Source: Octopus sinensis | Taxonomy: Eukaryota | Direction of reading: 5' to 3' | Length of the DNA stretch: 64,000 nt | Assembly (NCBI RefSeq): GCF_006345805.1 | Contig: NC_043007.1 | Span: forward strand, 39,680,001 to 39,744,000 | Shown: piece by piece, positions 1-12,965 of the stretch | How positions within the stretch are numbered: position 1 is the first letter of the stretch | Layout: each line of letters opens with the position of its first letter | The notes under the pieces: model-generated | What the model was told of the DNA's origin: nothing | What the model saw: only the letters and a program-made list of their open reading frames with translations | Database searches by the model: none | Translations under genes and position numbers: made by a program

Positions 1-115
1 GAAATGAATTGCATGTATGTCTATGTATATGTGTGTGTGTGTGTATGAATGTGTACACATACATGTGTTTATATGTGCATGTCGACACATGTATATATAA
101 GTGTTTATATAGTTG

Positions 116-146
<31 letters not shown>

Positions 147-157
147 AATATACATAA

Positions 158-191
<34 letters not shown>

Positions 192-301
192 CATTATATA
201 TATATATATATAAGTACATATATATATGTAAGTATATATGTATAAATTTATACGTATGTATATATATGCATGTATATATTAATATATATATATATGTATG
301 T

Positions 302-373
<72 letters not shown>

Positions 374-940
374 TATTATCATTTTATATACTTTATGTAG
401 TTTCCCTCATTTTCGGCAGATTTACTTTCACTATCTTGTCTTGTTTCTTTCTTTTACTTTCATATCATCCTTGGAGATTATAATGTTTCGTTTTGACAAT
501 GGTAGTTTGTATGTGTGTGTGTGTATATGTGTGTGTATGAGAGAGAGAGAGACAGAGAGAGAGAGAGTTAGAGTGTGTCCTATGTGTGCGTGAAGGGTCA
601 GTGTTATTTGGAAGATATATTTAAATATATAAATATATATATATTCGTATCTATACAAGTGTCTGTAAGCATGCATTTCTGTATTGGTGTGTTTAGGTAT
701 GTATATGTATTGGTGTGCCGGTATGTATATATGCAAATGTTTTATCGTATGAATGCATTTGTTATTAAATGTATGTATATAGACCATTGTATGAAAAGTA
801 CATATATTTTTCTATACACTCGACCATGCACACACACACACATATATATATATACATATGTGTACGTGCATTTGTAAGTATATATATATGTATGAAAACA
901 AAAGACTGAAAACAAATTGATATATTCTTAATTCCTTGTT
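1..940. repeat. Compound microsatellite / low complexity ((TA)n, (TG)n, (GA)n)
   Basis: Direct reading; the ORFs here translate as YI/CV dipeptide runs. Confidence 0.95.
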
Positions 941-1109
941 TCATATGTTTCATTGCAACATGGAAGTTACAAAGGTATACATCATGCATAGAATCTCCTA
1001 TCCATAATTCTTCAAAGCCTTAAAAATATGTTTGTATGTATATATATATATACATATATACATATGCATATATATGCGCACATATGTATATCTATATGCG
1101 CGTGCGTGC

Positions 1110-1150
<41 letters not shown>

Positions 1151-1469
1151 TCTGTGAAAGTATATTTATATATTTATGCATGAATATACGTATCCATATG
1201 AATATTTAGTATTGTCAACCAACGGATATTGGCCAATAATACTGCATTAAATTAGTATTTTATTCTGAAGATCCAGTGTTTCAATGTATTTATGCAATCG
1301 TCTACGTAACGATTAACACACAACATATTAATAGTCTCTCGTGAAACACGTGTAAAGTTGATATAATTTATAATATAACAAAACACAAAATAAATCTCCT
1401 GTTTTTTCTTTGTTTTGCTTTTGCTTTTGTTTTGGCTCTCGGATATACACCTCTAAATTAATCATAACA

Positions 1470-1652
1470 CACACACACACATAAATACGACGGGCGTCTT
1501 TCAGTTTCTGCGTACCAAATCCACTCACAAGTCTCTTGTCGGCCTGGGGCAATAGTAGAAGACACTTGCCCAAGGTGCCACATAGTGGGACTGAATCCGG
1601 AACCATGTGGTTTGTAAGCAAGCTACTTACCACACAGCCACTTCTGCGCCTA
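1470..1652 (-). mobile_element. SINE family A, left arm (tRNA-like head + CORE-like segment)
   Basis: Reverse complement of the head seen at 20147 and 46206 (taggcgcaggagtggctgtgtggtaag...ggttcagtcccac...caccttgggcaagtgtcttc), with A-box-like and B-box-like motifs. Confidence 0.85.
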
Positions 1653-1956
1653 TTGACGTAAGAGAATATATTCTCTATGCGTCTGGCACTAGATATATAT
1701 GGATATCAGCTTGTAACTGAGAAGACCTTCACTGACCATCTATGACCATCTATGTGCATGAGGTTATTGCAGTCGCGGTCAGCCTCACTTACGTTCTCGC
1801 TAACAGCTTCCATGCTCGCCACAGCATTCTCCTACTTAACCGGACAGCGAAAAGTCGCCTCACCGGTGATTGCACAACCTAAACCTATAGGACCAATAAG
1901 GCCTGCACAGCATATCAACCTTTGCATAATCGCGTCGCCAGCGTCTAAATCGGCAT

Positions 1957-2679
1957 CCCCCCCCCACACACACACACCTAGGCTTGCCTGGTGAGGAGGG
2001 TTGCTGGAAATTCAGCCTGACTAAAAACAAAACCTCTCTAAAGGACGGATGAAGTTAGTGTATGTTCAACGGTTATCTAAGAATAGTACAAGGCCTCAGA
2101 AATTCCCAGCGTGTGTTCGGCGTGCTGGAAGGCCATTAAGACTGAAGCACCTCTCAGTCTTTGTCAAACCATGTTTCTATGAGAAACCATATATGCAGGA
2201 AATATTCTGAGATTATGGCGTTCCCACATTCACGAGACTGCGACGCATGTTTGGCACTGGATAATTTGTCCTGGCTTCTCTCCCTCCCTCTCTCTCTCGC
2301 TCTCACGCCCCCCCCCCACACACACACACCCTAGGCTTGCCTGGTGAGGAGGGTTGCTGGAAATCCAGCCTGACTAAAAACAAAACCTCTCTAAAGGACG
2401 GATGAAGTTAGTGTATATGTTCAACGGTTATCTAAGAATAGTACAAGGCCCACAGAAATTCCCACGTGTGTTCGGCGTGCTGGAAGGCCATTAAGACTGA
2501 AGCACCTCTCAGTCTTTGTCAAACCATGTTTCTATGAGACCATCTATGCAGGAAATATTCTGAGATTATGGCGTTCCCACATTCACGAGACTGCGACGCA
2601 TGTTTGGCACTGGATATTTGTCCTGGCTTCTCTCCCTCCCTCTCTCACTCTCCTCTCACGCCCCCCCCACACACACACA
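1957..2679 (+). repeat. Tandem duplication, ~352-bp unit x2 (possibly an RTE-type 5' region)
   Basis: Units 1957-2307 and 2308-2660 are near-identical; a Cn(AC)n motif sits at all three junctions. The RTE origin is only a weak recollection. Confidence 0.9.
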
Positions 2680-2756
2680 TCCACAGAGGCACGCACGCGC
2701 GCACACATACATACACACACATACACACACATACACACACATGTACACGCCCAAAG

Positions 2757-2798
<42 letters not shown>

Positions 2799-2799
2799 T

Positions 2800-3300
2800 A
2801 TTGTAAGATTATCAAGCACATTGTGCACGATCTTACATTGTGCACTGTAGAAGAGAAACAGCTTAGAAACACTTCTGCAGAGACTACGTGGATTTTCCAG
2901 ACAAATTCATGAGATTCGGATTTGAATAATGTACTCAAGCAGCCTTGGAAAGACAAATTCACTAAGAACACCAATACTGTGCTAGAGAGTGAAATTGAAA
3001 TGAAAGAATTAAACGAAGCGTAGACAGACAGGTAAATACTTAGAAATCAAGGAACAAGAGTCCATATCACATACAAAAGAAAGAATGATTAAGAAATATC
3101 ATAGATGTATTATAGGTTCATACTTAAAACAGAGTGAAATGCAAAAAAAAAAAAAAACTTGTAACAGGAATCGATTTACCGGTCGTCACAGGAATATGCT
3201 ATTGGTGTAATACTAACATTTAAAAACTAAGTGAATTATCAGAAATTAACAGAAAGAGAGACAAAAGAATTTAGAATACAACACTCGAGTGATCCCCGTT
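2800..3300 (+). pseudogene. Degraded R4/Dong-clade LINE RT fragment
   Basis: Manual translation across frames: KIIKHIVHDLTLCTVEEKQL (decayed ISHLLYMDDLKLY), FPDKFMRFGFE*C (FSxDIGMEFGLDKC), KYLEIKEQESISHTKERMIKKYHRCI (YKYLGI...KEKIRKEY). Confidence 0.6.
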
Positions 3301-3984
3301 GAAAAAGTCCCAAAAGGCCGGAATGCATCTGGAGTAGGGTGCTCTCGCTAGCTAGTACTGGGGAAAAGGTTTCGTTTCTCTCTCTCTCTCTCTAATATTT
3401 ATTGTCTTTCTACCATAGTAACAGAGGTTATCTCTGGATAAACATCGTAGCAACTGGGCTATATTAATTATGATACTTAGATGGCTATATTAAATATATA
3501 ATGCTTAATCACGTATATACGAAAAAAAAATCTAGAAGACGAATAGTCGTCGCAGAAACATATTGATGACCCAACTGATAAATATATACACCGATATGTA
3601 TATCTAATCTATATGGGTATATCGGAATTCATTCTTTCTGTTGTCTATTTGACATAGAAATTTCTCATAGCTCCAATAAATATCTAATCAGTTCCAAAAC
3701 ATACAGAGGGAATATGGAGTTCATTACGCTAATTAAGTACTTTGTGAAGAGCATAGGTCTTCTTACTATTGAAATGACCCCTGGAACGCTACGTTTTCTA
3801 ATGTAATACAGTCCCCAACTATATAAAGGAACCTGATCTTGCAAGAAAAACGAAAGAAGTGCTTTTGTGTACAAGAAACATCCTGTCTTACCAAGACACT
3901 GGAGATATATAAAGCTCATGCTCCGCTCCTCTAGTTAGTCCCGGTTACTATACATCTCAATGTCTTATGGTCGATACTTATATA

Positions 3985-4377
3985 TCTTTATATATAAAAG
4001 TAAGGTTGTGTGTCTGTCTACTCCGATTTAGATTCCTAACTACTCCCACATTTTGCGATGCAGTTTAACCAAAACCGGGTATCTTATAGTCGTGATTCAT
4101 ATCAAGCCCTTCTGGGTATTAGCATGCGTCTACGAACGATGAGTCTACGATTTTAAAAATAATTTACCATCATTTTTTTCCATTTTAATGCATATTTTTT
4201 AAAGGGAAGTAACTCTCTAAAAATGTCTACGATGAGTCAACGATTTAAAAAAAATTTACCATCATATTTTTTCCATTTTTAATGCATTTTTTTGCTATTT
4301 TTTGGCTATAACTCTCTAAAAATGCTTTATAGTTATTTCCCTAAAAAAACCCGAGCAACGCCGGGCGATACTGCTAG
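3985..4377 (+). mobile_element. Non-autonomous Helitron, 393 bp
   Basis: 5' TC(TTTATATATAAAA) preceded by A; 3' imperfect hairpin CCCGAGCAACGCCGGG then CTAG followed by T; no TSD; internal direct subrepeat; second copy at 63388-63780 (-). Confidence 0.85.
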
Positions 4378-4854
4378 TATATATTAAAGCTTTAAAGTAA
4401 CGTCTCTTTTTCGCCATCGGTAGAACATGCAAATTTATCATAGAAGCTTCCAGAAGTATCAGAAGACTCGAAAGGTAAATATGTGCGCGTTTTCTTTGTA
4501 AAACTATTCTAGACCAGCAAAACGCACCCCCGTCCGATGGACGGTGCTGAGTTGTCAAACATTTAAACCAAATTTTCTCAAAAGAACTTGTCCGACCGTC
4601 CCAAAGGCCGCCCCTTTGAGAAACACTGATTTAGCCTAAATTTGAGACACCAGCAAAAGAAGAAATAAAGATAGACTTTTTTTCTATTCCAAAAAAAAAC
4701 AAAAAAACATTTTATTCACACAAATATGCAACGGAAGAGTTTAAAGAACCAGTAATGATAAGGCTGTTGACTGCGAGAACACAAACATGGTTTAAACAGT
4801 AAGCTTGGCAGGAAAGAAACGTGCCTTTAAGCAGTACAAAACCAACAAAAAATG

Positions 4855-5076
4855 GAAGGTGCAGATATGTACAGGTTGAGGGGAGAAAAGCAGGACAAAA
4901 ACGGCTTTATCGATCGCATTCTGACCTGGAATCGATTTTTGTAATTTTTTCAAGACTTACACACGCCCTGATACCGTCGGTATCTACATATCAACTTTGA
5001 GAGCAATCGGATGGAGGACACCCGAGATCCTAGAAGACACAAACACAGACAGACAGAACGGATTTTATATAATAGA
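4855..5076 (-). mobile_element. 5' fragment of a second Helitron-like family
   Basis: Minus strand starts A|TCTATTATATAAAA followed by a ctgtctgtctgtgtttgtg tract, the usual 5' architecture of non-autonomous Helitrons; no 3' end recognised. Confidence 0.45.
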
Positions 5077-5370
5077 TATTCATACTTTCATTATATTTAG
5101 CTGGCATTCGGACTGGTCACAGCATCACCTAACTTGTCACTGGATGTGGAGCACTCTCAGTCAATAAATGCCTTCATTAGACATTTTAGGCTATAACTTA
5201 TGAGGATCCTAAATATAACACGTATACATGCATCGTCTGTATACATGCACACAAACAATAAATACAATTAAACATGTATGCGCATAGGTTTGAATCTTTA
5301 TAAGAATAATTTATGTATATACTTATGTGAACACACATACATGTATGTATTATGTATGTACGTATGTATG

Positions 5371-5443
<73 letters not shown>

Positions 5444-5448
5444 GAAGG

Positions 5449-5499
5449 AGCTTCTACAGGACTAGAACTGTTTCATTCAAAAGAAATCATCAGGAAGCT
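5449..5499 (-). ncRNA. Minimal type I hammerhead ribozyme motif
   Basis: Minus strand: AGCUUC-CUGAUGA-UUUCUUUUGAAU-GAAA-CAG-UUCUAGUC-CUG-UA-GAAGCU. Stem I 6 bp, core CUGAUGA/GAAA, stem III CAG/CUG, GUA cleavage triplet; stem II is weak (UUC/GAA, U-U closing). Confidence 0.75.
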
Positions 5500-5545
5500 C
5501 CTGATGATTTCTTTTGAATGAAACAGTTCTAGTCCTGTAGAAGCT
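5496..5545 (+). ncRNA. Mirror hammerhead motif with a 1-nt shorter stem I strand
   Basis: Plus strand: AGCUC-CUGAUGA-UUUCUUUUGAAU-GAAA-CAG-UUCUAGUC-CUG-UA-GAAGCU; same core, stem I has a bulge. Confidence 0.6.
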
Positions 5546-5627
5546 CCTTCTATAAAATAAATTAATTTACTCTGCTATGTATTGAGTACCTTATTTACTG
5601 TGGTTAACCCTGACTCAACCCGGGACC

Positions 5628-5717
<90 letters not shown>

Positions 5718-5844
5718 TATACATATAAATATATACATACGTTTATATATAAATCTATGTATATATATATGAATATACTTATACGTACACATATGTCACT
5801 GTATGTATATACACATACATATATATATACGTATGTGTATATAT

Positions 5845-5880
<36 letters not shown>

Positions 5881-6469
5881 CATACGTTTATATATAAATT
5901 TATGCCCATATATACATTTGCATATATATGCAAATGCATATATATATATATATATATATGTGTGTATATCGATATTTTCGTGTGTATGCACGAACACACG
6001 TGCATTGTGCCTATACGTTTTTCCATGTTAGAATTCATAAGAATTTATATATATATATATGTGAGAGAGAGAAAGAAAGATCGAAGGATCGTTAGAAAGT
6101 CAGACTCTGGTGAATAGCGAGTAGGTTACCTGGGTATGTGCAATCCTGTGGGTGAATTAACGGGGATGGCTTGCGGTTGTCAGTGTAATTTCGTGCAAAC
6201 TTACTTATGCCCTAGTTGTTGTTGCTGTTTTTTTTTTGTTCTTGTCGGTGGGGATGATAATGATGGCGGTGGGGTAAGGCTTAGGGGACAGGTGCTGTTA
6301 TTCATGATGATCATCATTATGGTAACGATTTCGACATAAATGACAGTGGCGGCGGTGGCAGTCGTGCCCAGCGATGGCTGCGCGGCGCCAACGGCTGCGG
6401 CAGAAATGGTTGTGTTGGTGGAGGGTTGGAGGTAGGGTGTTGTTCTGTGTATGGTGGTTGGTGGTGGCC

Positions 6470-6744
6470 GTGATGAGATGGATGATGATGATGACGACGA
6501 CGACGACGACGACGACGAAGACGATGATGATGATGACGATGATGATGATGATGACGATGATGACGATGATGATGATGATGACGATGATGATGATGATGAC
6601 GACGACGACGACGACGAAGACGATGATGATGATGATGACGATGATGATGATGACGACGATGATGATGATGATGACGATGATGATGATGATGATGACGACG
6701 ACGACAACGATGTCGACGAAGACGATGATGATGATGATGATGAC

Positions 6745-6775
<31 letters not shown>

Positions 6776-7197
6776 CGGCAGTGGTGGCCGTGATGGTGGG
6801 GTGATGGGGGTGGGGTGATGAAGGGGAGGGTGATGTTGGTGTGATGGGTGATGGCAGTGAAAGTAGTGATGGTGGTGGTGATGGTTATGGTGGGGTTGGT
6901 GATGGTGATGATGATGGGGGGTGGTGATGGTAGTGATGGTTGTTGGTGTCCGTGGTAATGTCGAAACTGATGATGATGACGACGACGACGAGGAAGAGGA
7001 GGTGAAGTAGTAGTAGGAGGATAATGGTGATGATGATGATGATGATGATGATAGCGATAACGACGACGATTACAACGAAGGTGGTGGTGGTGGTGGCGGC
7101 GACATTCACAACGCAGAGAAAGACGAAGAAGATGACACTGTATTTCATTCACTGATAACAGTAAAAAAGATAATATAAATGGCGATTATTGATGACC

Positions 7198-7231
<34 letters not shown>

Positions 7232-7250
7232 CGACGACGACGACGACGGC
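6470..7250 (+). repeat. (GAT/GAC)n and (GGT/GAT)n trinucleotide block
   Basis: Direct reading; source of the poly-D, poly-S, poly-M and poly-H ORFs. Confidence 0.95.
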
Positions 7251-7736
7251 GGCGGCAGTAACGATGGCGACGTCGATGCTGTCAATACAATACATTTAAA
7301 GCTTTCTCCTCTCCCCCACCCCTCCCCTCCCCTCATCCCGCCGCACCCACCTACTTCATATTTCGTATGTTTCTTCCTTTTCCAGCACCCCCGCCACCAT
7401 CTTCGTCCCTCAAATTCCCCCATCCTCTTCTTCATTGCCTCTTTATCTTACTCCCTTCCTTCCTTCCTTCTTTTTTTCCCCTTTTTTTTTTCTTCTTCTC
7501 TTTTTCTCCTCCACGTCTTCTTTCCGTCCATTGTTCTTTTATTATATTTTTCCGTTATTTTATAGCATGTACGAAAGCAATTGTATTGAAATTGTATTTA
7601 TTCTGAAATATATAAATATATAACATACACATGCTCCTTAGCAAATATGTGAACACATATGTATATGTGCATGCACGAATGTATGTATAAATGTCCGTAT
7701 ATATGTACAATATGTATATGCATTTATATAAATATA

Positions 7737-7773
<37 letters not shown>

Positions 7774-8380
7774 ATTCATACATATAAGCGTTTCTAAGAT
7801 ACACACATGCATAGAAGCATAGAGGTACACATACATATTTTTGTATGAATATAATTTGAATAAAATATCACTCACACTGGAGGTTGTATGCATATGATTA
7901 TATATTATACATGTATGTGTGTGTAAGTGTGGGTATGTGTGTGTGGGTATGTTTGTGTGCATGTGTGTGTGTGTTCAAATGAATATGGTCGAACGTATAA
8001 CACATACACACATTCTATTCCTCTCTCTCTCTCTCTCTTTCTATCATAGACACACATAAATATATATATCATCAATACAAATATATATAGATAGATATGA
8101 AGATTTATAAGATATATAGATGCATCTCTGAATAAATACAATTTGAATACAAAATATCAAAGATAAAAGAATAGAGACACACATACAGACACACATACAC
8201 ACGCATACGCACACACACGCACATACACACAAGCAAAACTAAATACACATGTATGTATGTGTGTGTATGTGTGTGTGTTCGTGTACTCATATGTGTGGGT
8301 ATATATGTATATGTATTATACATGCATATATACGCATGTATCCATAGATACAGATGCATGTATATATATATATGTGTATG

Positions 8381-8444
<64 letters not shown>

Positions 8445-8641
8445 GGTATATATATATATATATATTTAAACTGGTAGATATAGATATTTATATATATAGA
8501 TATATACATATGTGCGTACATACACATATGTATATATGAACATATACACGCTACCACTGTAGCATATAAGTATTTCAAAGGAGCAATCTTGTATGCATAC
8601 ATACATACATACATACATACATACATACATACATACATACA

Positions 8642-8675
<34 letters not shown>

Positions 8676-9011
8676 CACATGTACTTACATACAAATATAC
8701 ATATACATACATACATATATATACATACATACATACATAAATACATTGATATATGCATATGACGTTTGTAGATGCGTATATACATGCATACGATCACATG
8801 CTCACATATGCATAAACTTACATACGTGCGGAAATGCACACAATACATATATACACCCAGATAGATATAACCTACAACCTACATTAATACATACATGGAT
8901 GTTTAAATTCTTACATACACACACCCACTAGCATATATATGTATATACATACATACATATATATATATATTTATATATATATATATATATACATATATCT
9001 TTATACATACA

Positions 9012-9047
<36 letters not shown>

Positions 9048-9387
9048 TATATACATAAATAATGCATAGACTACGTATATTGAAACATATGCCACAGCAC
9101 TCCACTCACATACAAATATTCCTACTTCCTTAACAAACCCAATATGTATTCATACATAAAATTATTTATACATCCATATATATATAGAGAGAGTAGTGGT
9201 GGGTGTTTCTTTAATGGACAACACAGCAGTTACAAAAGAAGGGAAAGATAACTGAACACTCATGGTATTTGTTAAACAAGAAGCAATCGTTTCTCTACTT
9301 TCTCTGGAGATGGTGAAATTATGTTAGTGAACGGAGTGAGAGAAATAGAAAAAATAAATACTCGCAACTACCGCCACCTCCAGTAAC

Positions 9388-9390
9388 TAT

Positions 9391-9449
<59 letters not shown>

Positions 9450-9457
9450 TAATAATA

Positions 9458-9531
<74 letters not shown>

Positions 9532-9552
9532 TAATAATAGCAATAATAATAA
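9388..9552 (+). repeat. (TAC)n(TAA)n microsatellite
   Basis: Direct reading. Confidence 0.95.
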
Positions 9553-10060
9553 TGGACTTGGACCTACCCCATGATAAAATCCGGTGGGAACACAAACTAC
9601 CTATTTCTTTACTACCCACAAGGGGCTAAACACAGAGAGGACAAACAAGGACAGACAAACAGATTAAGTCGATTATATCGACCCCAGTGCGAAACTGGTA
9701 CTTATTTAATCGACCCCGAAAGGATGAAAGGTAAAGTCGACCTCGGTGGAATTTGAACTCAGAACGTAACGGCAGACGAAATACGGATACGCATTTCGCC
9801 CGGTGTGCTAACGTTTCTGCCAGTGCTTGAAAATAACCACACCTCACTCCTTTGGAACTTCACCGCTCAAACTGACAAGAAGTTAGGTGCAAATAGACCA
9901 AACAGTATATTGAAGGATTTCAGGGAAAAATCATGCCCCCTCATAGATATGACTCTCCAAATCAACATAAATGTGTCCGTCAAGACATCCCCAAAACTAA
10001 GCAACTATAAATATCTTGAAATAGAAATAGGCAAAATGTGGAACCTCAAAAGTAAAACAG
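9553..10060 (+). pseudogene. R4/Dong-clade LINE restriction-like endonuclease (REL) fragment, split by a SINE
   Basis: DLPHDKIRWEHKLP | PVLENNHTSLLWNFTAQTDKKLGANRPNSILKD...LIDMT...KYLEIEIGKMWNLK matches the LWDFxIQTD..ANRPD..IDxxxP..KYxxLxIE..W pattern. Confidence 0.8.
9599..9823 (-). mobile_element. SINE family B (tRNA head, Meta-like central domain)
   Basis: Reverse complement of the copy at 22350; removing it restores the LINE reading HKLP-PVLEN. Confidence 0.85.
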
Positions 10061-10656
10061 TTGACATGCTTCAAACAGCTTACAAGAATGCTGCCATGAG
10101 CAAACACAAGTTTACGAATGGTTTCCACGCTTTAGGAATGGTCACTTGTGGCTTGACAACCAGCCACGGTCGAGACGACCAGTGACCTACCGAACGAATG
10201 AAAACATCTCGAAAATTCATGAACCATTGACGAACTTGTTGATATGACTCGTTTGTCCTGGAGCTCCTGCCAATGAATTTTGAGCGAGGAATTGTGAATG
10301 AAAAGGGTTGCAGCAAACTTTGTGCCACGCTTGTTCACGAAGAATCACAAACAGTCACGATTGATTGCGTGTCGTGAACTGAAAGAACAGCTGGAAGTTG
10401 ATCCTGACCTTTTTTTTCGACAAAAGCTGGTGCTACGGAATTTGCAGATGTGGAAGAAGTGAAGAAAAAGAATGACGGAAGCGTTAAGAGGCATCACTTC
10501 GCAAGAGTTCCGACACTCCCTCGAATTGTGGAAAACGTGCCTAGGCCGATGCATTGCTTCAAATGGGGAATACTTTGAAGGTGATAAAAGTGTAAACATG
10601 TAAAACTAAGTGAATAAAATAACAACAAAATTCCGGTTTCTTTTGGGTATCCCTCG
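10061..10656 (+). mobile_element. Internally deleted mariner transposon
   Basis: MLQTAYKNAAMS...EWFPRFRNG...RPVT...MKRVAANFVPRL (HTH region and WVPHEL-equivalent) joined to the C-terminus ...WKTCLGRCIASNGEYFEGD; right TIR ...ttcttttgggtatccctcg. Confidence 0.8.
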
Positions 10657-10669
10657 TGTATTGTAGTGA

Positions 10670-11030
10670 TCCAGGCTTTGAGAACGAGACTAAAACTGGC
10701 TGCTCTTGAGATAGAAACAAATTAACGATAATCGAGGTTGTTGAAAGCTTCGGATTTATCTGGATTGACTAACAACTCGCCAAAGACAGATCTATTCCCC
10801 ATCTGCTCTGCGATGTACTGTATTTGGTAAAGAATATAACGGATAGATCTGCAGAGGATCAAAACGTTTGCAAGTCTTCGACCACCCGACCGACGACAAG
10901 TGACAGCCGTCTTTGTGAGTGCCTTTAACAAAGTCTTTAACTCTACAATGATCAGAGCTATAGGTGGGAAATTTAGTTATATTCCACTGGTTCGAATCCT
11001 TTCTCTGAAGCACCATCGCCCTTTGTTGAC
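10670..11030 (-). pseudogene. Degraded L1/Tx1-clade RT N-terminal fragment
   Basis: MVLQRKDSNQ.. (VTLLRKDPNK) and ELLVNPDKSEAFNNLDYR*FVSISRAASFSLVLKAWI (LDQSKAFDRVDH..AAGF...WI). Confidence 0.55.
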
Positions 11031-11649
11031 CTGGTTCTTTTCTTTCGATATTTTCTTTTTAGTACTATATACTACAGTTGCTCCAGTTGCTAGAATTGTG
11101 GCATTAGCCATGTAGTGATATCAATGTAACTGTAGAAAATGGTGTGACATCAGCGTCAATGTCTTTCGTTACTATGGTAACCTCACTACTGTTCTCAAAC
11201 TGGAGAAAGGGAAAAGCTCCCATTGCGGCCATTAATCTTATTTTCTACAATTTTTCAAAAGAGAAATAAATAAATAAAGATGTAGGGTTTTACTAACTGC
11301 AATAATACCATAATGATATATTTTTCGAGATAGAAAAGCTGCATATTGATAATAGGTATTATATTTTAATAAAATTTTAAAGAAAAATGATCAAATTTTG
11401 AGGATAGGTGCATGGTTCTGGGTTTACATATAATGAAATGATAAAAAAGAAAAGTGGAAGAAAGAATGAAAGTAAGTATGTACGATATACATTGAAAAGG
11501 AAGTGACATATGCATAGTATACAATGGTTTAAAAAAAGAAGAAGCGGGGAGGATGATAGAGATGTGGCCATCCCGATACAGGAAGGCCTCAAAGGATAAT
11601 CGAAGAACTCCACTGTTCGAGATTTCCCTGAAAAGCTAGGAGCAAGTGC

Positions 11650-12860
11650 CCTCTCCAATTCCTTCTCTCCGACTCACAGGTCTACTCTTAGAGAGGTGCC
11701 ATTCACTCTCCCCATTTTCGCAACTTTCACCCACCTTTCAGTAAACTCACTTGAGGACAGCACTTCCTTCTCCAATCTCTGAGAGCTCTACCAAAGAGGA
11801 ATGTATCTGTCCTCTTGCCTTTGTCCACCAAGCAACCTCTTTCGCCACAGCCACCAGGCAAGGGGAAAAAAACATTGTCCTGCCCGATTAAAGGAGGCCG
11901 GTGGTGCGATCATCCGACAGAAGGGTCCGTCCCACGCGTGACAGCAGCTGTTCGACATAACCCCACAAGTCAGCAATTCCTGGAGATTGAACGAGAGTGT
12001 GCAGAACGGTTTCGTCACTCTGCGCACCTCGGTCAAGTCCGTCTCAAGTTTATCTCAAACCGGTAGCGCCCACCAGTAGCACTGCCAAACCAAGGACATC
12101 TGGAAATTATCCATGATAGCTCTCGACTGGAAAGTCCACTTGAATAGACAAGCCAATTCCTTCTCGTCGGTGCATAAAGTCTCCTTGAGAACGTCGTCAC
12201 AGTTCCGCGCCTCTAATCCTCTATAAATTTCTAAAGTGGAATATCCAACGATCCCATTGTTCGACTGGTAGATGGCTGTGAGAAACTGACGGCATTCTAA
12301 ATGCCAGGCGCCCGGACTTCAGCTCCGCCAAGGAGATGAGTTGCGGAAAGACAAGCCTCACAAACGGAGCCCATACACGCTCACCGTCCAGAAATCGTTG
12401 GAGGTAGCGTAGCCGAAGAGCGTGTCTGCGCATTAGGAGCCACGGCATACCTAATCCACCACACAGAGGATGCTGGCAACAGACTGACCGCCTGATCATT
12501 GGAACGCGTCCCTTCTACAAGAATTTAAATGAGAGACGCTCCAACCTGGTCAAGCAGTAACCGGGACAAGGCGCGATGGTCAGCTGATAAATGATAACGG
12601 AGGCGATGTAAGCATTCGCCACCTTTTCCCGACCTTTCAAGGACAGCTTCTTCTCAGACCATTTCTGGGTAAGACTGGTCACCCTGTTCGCCACCTCGTC
12701 CTAGTTCTTATCAACCTTGAGGTCGGGACTAAAACAGACCCGAGCAGTTTAATTGGTCCAGCGTCAGACGACGCCGTCCGATGGCATCGACCTGCCTCTC
12801 CAGAAGCCCAGCTGCAAACCCACCGAATCGTCGGCATTGATTTTAGCCTCTGAAATCGTA
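11650..12860 (-). pseudogene. L1/Tx1-clade ORF2 3' part (RT thumb to C-terminal CCHC)
   Basis: AKIN..SVGLQLGFW, KLSLKGREKVANAYIASVI, GGLGMPWLLMRRHALRL, and a frameshifted C..DETVLHTLVQ.P motif. Confidence 0.8.
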
Positions 12861-12965
12861 TTCTTTTAAGATGGTTCTAAGTATGTGTTTATATCAGTTC
12901 TTGTCACCTGTCTGTCATGGGGAATTTTCGACAGAAGTGCGTCGAACCCTACTCCTATTCTATGA

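Larger units (their letters stand above)
5438..5628. mobile_element. Penelope-like terminal-repeat remnant with perfect fold-back
   Basis: Arms 5438-5495 and 5499-5556 are exact reverse complements (58 bp, 3-nt loop AGC); flanked by (TA)n; contains hammerhead cores, a known property of PLE terminal repeats. Confidence 0.65.

Noticed and set aside
6100-6200. Possible minus-strand microexon (cacag|...cccag|gtaac)
   Set aside because: Splice-like motifs alone are insufficient.
6201-7152. Poly-Asp, poly-Ser and poly-His ORFs resembling acidic or biomineral proteins
   Set aside because: Pure GAT/GAC repeat, open in several frames on both strands; no unique domain or splice support.
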